A stretch of 40,395 nt of DNA from a virus (taxonomy: Duplodnaviria; Heunggongvirae; Uroviricota; Caudoviricetes), in the IMG/VR virus record IMGVR_UViG_3300026488_000017, positions 1 to 40,395 of that record; one strand, written 5' to 3'. Positions 17,346 to 24,192 of the stretch are shown one piece after another. Within the stretch, counting starts at the first letter, position 1; the number at the start of each line of letters is the position of its first letter. The notes below the pieces were generated by a model. It was not told where the DNA came from and did not search any database. It saw only the letters and a program-made list of their open reading frames with translations. The position numbers were made by a program, and so were the translations under genes.

Positions 17346-17810
17346 CTATTTTGAATATCTGTCGGCTGCACAACTTGCAGCCCAAGCATTTGGTTTACAA
17401 ACAGGCTCGATGCCTACCATTCCCCATATCATACCTTTTGCTGCTCCGTGAGCAACATTTGAACCAGTTCCTTCGACAGGATTTACATCTAAGTGAATCT
17501 CGAAGTCTTTGTCCATTAAAACATCTTCTAGTTGATTATAAAGTTCTGTAACAAGTTGTACTTCTTTCATCATCCGATTAAATGGTCTACCAAGGTTTGT
17601 ATCTTTTACATCTTGATATTGTACATCTGTAAAGATTTTAGCACCTTTACCTATACCATTTTCATCGTGAAAGTGTATAATAACTACTGTCGCAAATTTA
17701 ACTCTTTTTTTCTTCATTCGTTGTGAATCGACCCCAAGATAAATCCTAGCGTCTTCATTTTTGTTTATAAAGTTCTTAATGAACTCAACTTCTTCTTTAC
17801 TGTGTGCCAT
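17346..17810 (-). CDS. RNase H-like protein, YkuK/DUF458 family
   Basis: IYLGVDSQ, FATVVIIH, EIHLDVN, KPNAWAASCAAD. Confidence 0.85.
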   Translation of the reverse strand: MAHSKEEVEFIKNFINKNEDARIYLGVDSQRMKKKRVKFATVVIIHFHDENGIGKGAKIFTDVQYQDVKDTNLGRPFNRMMKEVQLVTELYNQLEDVLMDKDFEIHLDVNPVEGTGSNVAHGAAKGMIWGMVGIEPVCKPNAWAASCAADRYSK

Positions 17811-17863
17811 ATAAGTTCTCCTTTAATAATAAATTAAACACTCTCTGAATGCTTAATAAGTCA

Positions 17864-18022
17864 TTAAGACTTAATCGTTCTTACTAATTCAAGTACTTCT
17901 TCTTTCGTTGCTAATCTACAAGCATTTGATTCAGTTACATAATTTTGATAACCTCGTTCATTTACAGAAAAAATAACTTTTGTTGCTTTGTTAATAATCA
18001 AAGCAGGAAATATAATCTTCAT
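17864..18022 (-). CDS. Hypothetical 52-aa protein (MKIIFPALIINKATK...)
   Basis: Hand-translated; AAGGA RBS. Confidence 0.55.
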   Translation of the reverse strand: MKIIFPALIINKATKVIFSVNERGYQNYVTESNACRLATKEEVLELVRTIKS

Positions 18023-18297
18023 TTTTATCCTTTATGTCGAGACCGTTGTCCCTTTGTAGGTTTCTAATACCATCCAGGCTATTGTGCTTTGAACTCATTA
18101 CTGAATACACAAATTGTTTTCTTCCTAGCTTACATCAAGCCAAATCGAGGTAATACTACTCTGTACTTCTGTATCTACAATAAATTGTAGTGTATCTATT
18201 CATAACTTAGGGTTCCATACCATAGAGTCTTTAAGAGGTTGAAACTATCTCTGTCTTGTAGTATTATGGTTATTATATCTATTTTTTACTTAATTTT

Positions 18298-18372
18298 TGG
18301 TACTCGATGAAAGAATCGAACTTTCTACCATTTCTAAGTCAAAGAAACACTCTACCATTGAGTTAATCGAGC
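18298..18372 (-). tRNA. tRNA-Val(GAC)
   Basis: Canonical stems, loop TT-GAC-TT (unusual U37), A73-CCA. Confidence 0.88.
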
Positions 18373-18375
18373 ATA

Positions 18376-18450
18376 TGGAGCGAAAAATGGGCATCGAACC
18401 CACAACCTTCTGATTGGCAACCAGATGCTCTACCATTGAGCTACTTTCGC
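18376..18450 (-). tRNA. tRNA-Gly(GCC)
   Basis: Canonical cloverleaf, U73-CCA. Confidence 0.95.
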
Positions 18451-18456
18451 ATATTT

Positions 18457-18530
18457 TGGAGCGGGTACGGAGAATTGAACTCCGGTCTTCTGGTTGGAAA
18501 CCAGTGGCTCTACCATTGAGCTACACCCGC
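18457..18530 (-). tRNA. tRNA-Gly(TCC)
   Basis: Canonical cloverleaf, U73-CCA. Confidence 0.95.
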
Positions 18531-18543
18531 ATATTCTAACATT

Positions 18544-18676
18544 TGGAGCGAATAGAAGGATTTGAACCTTCAAAATATTTTTAGTATCAGTTTAGTTTTC
18601 CTAGTACTCTCTTAATCAGGCTAACCCATTTTTCTTAGTACTAATAAACCGTGTTTACCAGTTTCACCATATTCGC
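18544..18676 (-). ncRNA. 133-nt tRNA-like RNA with a 50-nt insert in place of the anticodon loop
   Basis: Intact acceptor GCGAATA/TATTCGC, D arm, variable arm, T arm and CCA; anticodon stem GTTTA/TAAAC encloses 50 nt. Confidence 0.8.
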
Positions 18677-18681
18677 ATTTT

Positions 18682-18756
18682 TGGTACTCGATGAAGGAAT
18701 CGAACCTTCTACCTACTCCGTGTAAAGGAGGTGTTCTACCAGTGAACTAATCGAGC
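18682..18756 (-). tRNA. tRNA-Val(TAC)
   Basis: Canonical cloverleaf, A73-CCA. Confidence 0.94.
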
Positions 18757-18770
18757 ATATTTTCTATCTT

Positions 18771-18844
18771 TGGCAGGCGTACGGTGAATCGAACACCGGG
18801 CAAAGGATTTGGAATCCCTTATTTTACCACTAAACTATACACCT
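18771..18844 (-). tRNA. tRNA-Trp(CCA)
   Basis: Loop TT-CCA-AA, G73-CCA. Confidence 0.93.
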
Positions 18845-18848
18845 ATAA

Positions 18849-18932
18849 TGGAGGACCCTAGAGTAATCGAAACCCATAGTTTAACCTATCCATCGGGTTC
18901 AAACCGACTTTGCTACCTCAGCGGTAGAGTCC
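18849..18932 (-). tRNA. Atypical tRNA-Ser(TGA), possible 8/4 acceptor/T-stem fold
   Basis: GGACTCTA/TAGGGTCC 8 bp, T stem GGGT/ACTC 4 bp, loop TT-TGA-AC, variable hairpin ATAG/CTAT. Confidence 0.7.
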
Positions 18933-18939
18933 ATATTTT

Positions 18940-19027
18940 TGGAGGATGATGTGAGACTCGAACTCACAACGCTTTTGACACGCAATGGCTTTCAAAACCA
19001 CCTGACTCCCATACTGTCGAATCATCC
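18940..19027 (-). tRNA. tRNA-Ser(TGA)
   Basis: Type II cloverleaf, loop TT-TGA-AA, U73-CCA. Confidence 0.9.
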
Positions 19028-19031
19028 ATCT

Positions 19032-19075
19032 TTTATTTTAGTGTCTTCATTGACAACCTCACGGATTTCTTGCCC
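19032..19075 (-). promoter_or_regulatory. Conserved post-terminator element, copy 2 (GGGCAAGAAATCCG-TGAGGT-TGTCAATGAAGACACTAAAATAAA)
   Basis: Identical blocks to 17026-17064. Confidence 0.85.
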
Positions 19076-19112
19076 AAAAAAAAGGGATTGAATTCAAAAT
19101 GAACCCAATCCC
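19076..19112 (-). terminator. Intrinsic terminator of attenuator 2
   Basis: 12-bp stem GGGATTGGGTTC/GAATTCAATCCC, 5-nt loop, U8 tail. Confidence 0.92.
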
Positions 19113-19137
19113 TTAATAAACTATTGTTTATTAAAAA

Positions 19138-19248
19138 TCAGGTTACGAGCATCCCCACCGACCATAGGCCAGCGAATACACTAGCAGAAACTACGGATTC
19201 ACTTGTATGCGATAATGTATCTATTAAGACTAAGTTTAATTTTGTCAT
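19138..19248 (-). CDS. Leader peptide 2, MTKLNLVLIDTLSHTSESVVSASVFAGLWSVGMLVT (36 aa)
   Basis: AGGAG RBS; early (19278-19299) and late (19327-19334) promoters upstream; rich in Ser(TCN)/Val/Gly/Trp codons matching the downstream array. Confidence 0.85.
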   Translation of the reverse strand: MTKLNLVLIDTLSHTSESVVSASVFAGLWSVGMLVT

Positions 19249-19381
19249 TGTGTTTCTCCTATTTGTTTTTATGTGTAATTATATCGTAAAGTTACTTAAT
19301 TTCTACTTAACTTCTTAATATGTCTATATTTATAACACATTATATAAGCTTCCTAAAAAGTCTATATACTATGTTAAATCA

Positions 19382-19739
19382 TGGTGGAGATAGGGAGAAT
19401 TGAACTCCCGTCCTAAAAAACTCTTTCATCAAGTCATACAAGTTTATGTGAGTATTAATTTTATACTGTGCTCTCAAGCCCATTTGTTGATGCCATTTAC
19501 TGAAAGACTCATTCAGGTTCTCTATTTACAGATAGATAAACTCCTCCGTGCTATGTGCACTTCAAAAAACGATGTCCATTTTGGTAACCAAGCTGTGACT
19601 CACTTGGAACGATTATGCTACTAGAGCACCTTCGTAAGTGTATGTATTTGTGTTAGCATTTACAATTTGGTTGTTTTTAAGTTTTACATAACTACTTGTC
19701 TTCGAATCAGATATAATCCAGTCTAAACCGATTATCCCC
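19382..19739 (-). ncRNA. ssrA: tmRNA; tag (A)ANTNTYTYEGALVA encoded at 19613-19657
   Basis: GGGGATA/TATCTCC-A-CCA acceptor with G3:U70, T arm, TAAAT-GCT resume context, tag ORF ending in LVA-stop. Confidence 0.93.
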
Positions 19740-19954
19740 TTTTTGTTTGTTACAGTACTATTATATCTAAAAGTTACTTAATTTTTACTTAAAAGTAACT
19801 TAGATTTTCTAATTCCCGCAACCACTTTTCATAAGTTGAGTCTTATTCCCGCTTTAAGGACTTTTTGAATACCCGAACTATCCTAAAGGATGAGCCTGTT
19901 ATGTACCATTCACAACATTATATTAGGGTATGTGTTATTTATAGGCTATATAGC

Positions 19955-20650
19955 CTATTTTGAAGAGATAACTACTGCTAGTCCATCTACATCTTGTGAT
20001 TCAAATAAACTAATAAGTGAACCTTTATTTGACTTGAAAACACTTACATTATATGAAGTGTTTGGAAGTTTTGATAAGTTACTCATAACGATTTTTAACT
20101 GAACTTCACTATTAACAACACCATTGAACTTAATAGCAATGTTATTTGAAGATTTCTCTTTACCTTGTGCAGTTAAAGTAATAACATCACTCTCATCTTT
20201 AGCACAGTCGATACTTAAATCAGTTAAATCTTTAAGGACACCTGAAACTTTCTTCAGTTTATCAAGTTCTCCAGCTGGTAACTCAAAAGTTGCTACTAAT
20301 TCGTTTGTCTTAATACGGTCAACCATATCAAGTTTAGTCCTAGCTTCTTCCTCAATTAGAGAAATGTTTGTCGTAGCATAACGAATATTTGAATTATCGT
20401 TACTAATAGTAAGAATACCACTAGTTAAATCAATATCAGCATCTTCGCCAATAACGCCGATTGTACTAAGTAATTCAGGTATATTAAAGATACCAAATTC
20501 CTCGAACGATGCTTCACCTAGTTTTTCAAGATTGAAGAAGGCCTGTATGTTATTCCCCATTTTGATTCCAGTTACTGGATATGTTATAATGGCCTGTGTG
20601 TTGATTGCACTTAAAGCACTAAGTACATTTTTTGTATTTTTGTTTAGCAT
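19955..20650 (-). CDS. gp45: Sliding clamp, T4 gp45-like
   Basis: Size 231 aa; N-terminus LNKNTKNVLSALSAIN, FGIFNIPELLS, SNLSKLPNTSYNV segments resemble gp45. Confidence 0.75.
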   Translation of the reverse strand: MLNKNTKNVLSALSAINTQAIITYPVTGIKMGNNIQAFFNLEKLGEASFEEFGIFNIPELLSTIGVIGEDADIDLTSGILTISNDNSNIRYATTNISLIEEEARTKLDMVDRIKTNELVATFELPAGELDKLKKVSGVLKDLTDLSIDCAKDESDVITLTAQGKEKSSNNIAIKFNGVVNSEVQLKIVMSNLSKLPNTSYNVSVFKSNKGSLISLFESQDVDGLAVVISSK

Positions 20651-20724
20651 TTATCACCTTTGTTTTGTTTTGTTTGATAGTAGTATTATAACAAAGTTAT
20701 ACTTAACTTTGCTTTATTATTAAA

Positions 20725-20997
20725 TTATCGTGTCTGCATCATACCATCGTCCATCAATCCATACATTAATTCATTGATGACATTAGTACTGATTCTTTTA
20801 GCCATTCGTGCATCACAGCCACCTTGTACCATTTCTCTCGTACTATGATTAATAGAGTCTAAACGAATTGTTTCGATATTACCAGTTGGTAATTCACCAC
20901 GACCTTCAACAAATGCTAATAAATTCTTTTGAAATCTTTCAACTTTTTGTACGAATGTACCTTTTACCATTTGACTAACTATGTAACTTTTTCTCAT
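20725..20997 (-). CDS. Hypothetical protein, 90 aa
   Basis: ORF track; AAGG RBS; early promoter at 21025-21046. Confidence 0.65.
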   Translation of the reverse strand: MRKSYIVSQMVKGTFVQKVERFQKNLLAFVEGRGELPTGNIETIRLDSINHSTREMVQGGCDARMAKRISTNVINELMYGLMDDGMMQTR

Positions 20998-21061
20998 TTT
21001 AGACCTTTATGTTTTGATAGATGTATTATAACATATCAATCCTTAAAAGGAGATTAAAGCG

Positions 21062-22759
21062 TTAAAATAAATCGATTTCTTTCTCTGTAATTGGGTAGCC
21101 CCAATCCATATATTCGGCCAACCGGCTCTGAAAATGTTTCATTACATAATTTTTCTTCTCGCTTCTCGCTGTCTTGTAGGTTAAATCATCACAAACATCG
21201 ATGAGGTTCATTCGGCTTTTACTGCTATGAAGACGCATACCACGCCCTATACTCTGACCCAATCGAATAAAGCTCTTCGTACTAGCTCCAAGCACGATAT
21301 TGGCTAGTGAAGGGATATTAGCACCAGTACTCATCGTTTGGTAATTGGCCACGATGGTAACCTTAAGCTTATCTTTCACAAGCAATCTAATTGCTTCCCT
21401 CTGTGATGCTTCTACTCCACCGTAAATAAAATACACATCGTATTCGCTAAGAGATTTTAGTAAATCGGGATTATATTCCTGAGGTTCCTCTAGCGATTCA
21501 AGAAATTTTTTGTATTTTTTGATTTCTTTCTCTGTAATATCCCCATTGAATACCATTAGTGCTTCGGGGTCGTAAGCTTCTTTCATAAATTTTGGCGTGA
21601 ATTTATCAAGCAGTCTGACCTTTTCATTAGAGCATTTATTCTTAACGAGAAGCTCAAGCAGTTTTTTTCCGTGAGCTACTGTGTCGAATAACAGCAGTGT
21701 ATTCCCTAACCCGGTCATTTTAGTGGTAATTTTTGCTATTTTGTCGTTTCTTATGTCGTGAGAATTTAAAAATTTAATTTCATCTTGATACGATTTAAGA
21801 GCCTTAACGACCTTTCTTTCTTCGGCAGAATAGTTAAAAAACATCGTAGTAATATGAACTGGTGTAGCAAGTCCTCTTTCCACTAATCCTTGTGGTGTAA
21901 TATATACCTTACCTTGACCAAGAATAGCAAGAATACTCATTTTATCGGCATAATTTCTAGGCATCGTACCAGTCAATCCTATTCTCCAAGTACACGACTC
22001 AGCAGCATTAGCTAGTAAAGCAATACTGTCACCTTTCGCGCCGTGTGCTTCATCAACGATGATACATTCTACATCTTGAACTAACGACGGATTAGCATAC
22101 AAAGATTGCCAAGTAGAAATGATAACTGAATCATCAGCAAATACTTCTTCCTTTTCTTGTTTAGAAAGGACTGAATCTCCACCGATAGTAACGATATGGT
22201 CATTGAAATCGCAAGTACCGAAATAATCTATTAAATCTTGTTTCATTTGTTGTAGTAGAAGAACATTAGGAACAATAAGTAAAGTTTTTCTTTTTGCTTT
22301 GAATTGATAGTACATAATCATACCAAGAATCAATGACTTACCAGAACCAGTAGCTGACTGAATCACTAATCGTTTATGCCGAATAGCATCATAACTTGCT
22401 TGTAACTGATAATCGTATGGCGTAAAAGGTAAACCTAGTGTACCAACCCATTTGTCAAATTCTGATTTCTTTGGTTCTTTTATGTGTGCGTGTGATAGTC
22501 TTTGATATTGGTATTCTTTCTTATCATCTTTAAGGCGTTTGAGAACATACGATATTAATCCCTTAGGGAACTTTATATCTCCTTCATCAGTAATGATAGC
22601 AAAATGCTTTTTACCATCCCAAATACCTGCACGATATGAAGGCATAAATTTATATCCTTCCGTGAATACAGATAAAGAATCTATTACAGTCCTCTTAAAA
22701 TCGTAGTCTTCAGTTTGTAGGAGGACATAGCTCTCGTTTAAATCTGTTAAAGCGTACAT
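21062..22759 (-). CDS. uvsW: UvsW-like SF2 DNA helicase
   Basis: SATGSGKS, VDEAH, LTGT, STGANIP, QSIGRGMR motifs. Confidence 0.9.
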   Translation of the reverse strand: MYALTDLNESYVLLQTEDYDFKRTVIDSLSVFTEGYKFMPSYRAGIWDGKKHFAIITDEGDIKFPKGLISYVLKRLKDDKKEYQYQRLSHAHIKEPKKSEFDKWVGTLGLPFTPYDYQLQASYDAIRHKRLVIQSATGSGKSLILGMIMYYQFKAKRKTLLIVPNVLLLQQMKQDLIDYFGTCDFNDHIVTIGGDSVLSKQEKEEVFADDSVIISTWQSLYANPSLVQDVECIIVDEAHGAKGDSIALLANAAESCTWRIGLTGTMPRNYADKMSILAILGQGKVYITPQGLVERGLATPVHITTMFFNYSAEERKVVKALKSYQDEIKFLNSHDIRNDKIAKITTKMTGLGNTLLLFDTVAHGKKLLELLVKNKCSNEKVRLLDKFTPKFMKEAYDPEALMVFNGDITEKEIKKYKKFLESLEEPQEYNPDLLKSLSEYDVYFIYGGVEASQREAIRLLVKDKLKVTIVANYQTMSTGANIPSLANIVLGASTKSFIRLGQSIGRGMRLHSSKSRMNLIDVCDDLTYKTARSEKKNYVMKHFQSRLAEYMDWGYPITEKEIDLF

Positions 22760-22909
22760 TTAAACTCTTTCTGTGAAAGTATATGTTAATACAGTCCAGA
22801 ATGGTGACCAAGAGTAATCGATGTACTCTTTTTTATAAGATGTTCTGCGTGTTTTTGTTCCTAAAAGTTTTATGAGGAATAGCGTAAATGCTGAGTGATT
22901 GTGGTGCAT
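22760..22909 (-). CDS. Hypothetical 49-aa protein (MHHNHSAFTLFLIKLL...)
   Basis: Hand-translated; AAGGA RBS; early promoter at 22932-22953; stop abuts the uvsW start. Confidence 0.55.
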   Translation of the reverse strand: MHHNHSAFTLFLIKLLGTKTRRTSYKKEYIDYSWSPFWTVLTYTFTERV

Positions 22910-22958
22910 AGTTGTCCTTTTTATTTAAACAATTATACACTCTTTACACTTAACTATG

Positions 22959-23174
22959 CTAGTTAGTGTAGTTTTTGAGTATATAATCTTTTGTGATAGT
23001 ACTAATCTTATTTTGGTCTGAAGATTGCACTTTGAATTTATTATCACCAAGAGCTTCCAATATTTCTATCGTAAGCGTGATGCTCTTATTCCATTTAGGC
23101 ACATTCTCTGTCCAAATCTGCCCTACCTTTACGATACTGGCATCATCTTCGGCTATCTGTCTAAAAGTTCTCAT
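22959..23174 (-). CDS. Small protein with CTS-like start MRTFRQIAE
   Basis: ORF track. Confidence 0.7.
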   Translation of the reverse strand: MRTFRQIAEDDASIVKVGQIWTENVPKWNKSITLTIEILEALGDNKFKVQSSDQNKISTITKDYILKNYTN

Positions 23175-23178
23175 ATTT

Positions 23179-23403
23179 CTATAAGTATTTCTTCATAGCT
23201 TTGTAAAGAGCTTTAGTCTTCTTGTCGTCCATAGCTTCTAAATAATCTTCTGGAACCGCATCACCTGCATAAATACCAGAATCGCCCATATTTTCTTCAA
23301 ACCAGTCCCACATATCTTGGTCTGCTTTAGAACCAACTAAGTCCATTAGTTCATCTTTCATTTTGTCTGTATTCTCGTTTACGAATTCGCTAAATTTTTT
23401 CAT
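23179..23403 (-). CDS. Small protein with CTS-like start MKKFSEFVNE
   Basis: AAGGAG RBS; late promoter at 23427-23434. Confidence 0.78.
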   Translation of the reverse strand: MKKFSEFVNENTDKMKDELMDLVGSKADQDMWDWFEENMGDSGIYAGDAVPEDYLEAMDDKKTKALYKAMKKYL

Positions 23404-23533
23404 CGTATTCTCCTTGTGTTTATGATTATTTATAGGGAAGGGAGATTTCTAGTTTTAAGAGCAAGAAATCTTGAACGAACTCTGAATGATGCTATTTTTT
23501 AAGTCTGTGGCACATATCTACACCGTACATTGA

Positions 23534-23764
23534 CTATGCTTTAGCAAAAACTATATCTAATTCTGAACCACTTCTTGGATTAACACCCAATACTTTATAG
23601 TCTTTATTGAATTTTATTAGTTCTTTATATTCAAAACCATCAACTACAACAATATTAAACTCACCTATATCTAATTCTAAGAAGTCTTTGAAGTAACCTT
23701 CTGCTATATCTTCTGTTAATTCTTTTTTACTCTCTGTAACTTGAAACTTACTAAACTTTTTCAT
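23534..23764 (-). CDS. Small protein with CTS-like start MKKFSKFQVTE
   Basis: AAGGAG RBS; late promoter at 23783-23790. Confidence 0.78.
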   Translation of the reverse strand: MKKFSKFQVTESKKELTEDIAEGYFKDFLELDIGEFNIVVVDGFEYKELIKFNKDYKVLGVNPRSGSELDIVFAKA

Positions 23765-23790
23765 TTTAATCTCCTTTTATACTATTTATA

Positions 23791-24192
23791 CTATTTATTA
23801 CCTTGTTTGAAATTTTCGTAATCTAAAAGTGATTTAGCAGACCACCGAGCGTTATTTATGTTGTCCATTGACTTTTCAACGAACGACACATAAGTTTTTG
23901 CTGCAGAGAGTTTCGATTTCACTGCATTTCGTTCCACATTATTTTCTATCATTGCTTTAACTTCAGCCGAACTCAAATCTACCTCGTAGTGTACTTTGTA
24001 GTAACCAAATAATTCAGCATACATATTTGACATTTCTATTTCTAGTTTGTCTATGGCTCTAGCAGCATTAAACCACTCTAAAAGATATTGGTTATATAGC
24101 ATTGGTAACCTTACAAGAACCTTATCTAGGTTAGTTAGGTCGAATTCCAATTCTTTGTCTAAATCGACAACCATTTGCTCTATCTTATTCAT
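23791..24192 (-). CDS. uvsY: Recombination mediator, UvsY-like (true start MNKIEQ at 24192)
   Basis: Size and pattern (LYNQYL...FGYY...FVEKSMDNINNARWSAK) match T4 UvsY; TAATG coupling to the topoisomerase gene. Confidence 0.8.
   Translation of the reverse strand: MNKIEQMVVDLDKELEFDLTNLDKVLVRLPMLYNQYLLEWFNAARAIDKLEIEMSNMYAELFGYYKVHYEVDLSSAEVKAMIENNVERNAVKSKLSAAKTYVSFVEKSMDNINNARWSAKSLLDYENFKQGNK

Noticed and set aside
21450-21680. Intein in UvsW
   Set aside because: Only about 70 aa, with no N-terminal C/S block or C-terminal HN-[CST] junction.
23461-23470. GCAAGAAATC matching part of the post-terminator box
   Set aside because: Only 10 nt, on the opposite strand, with no terminator, leader or second block; likely chance.
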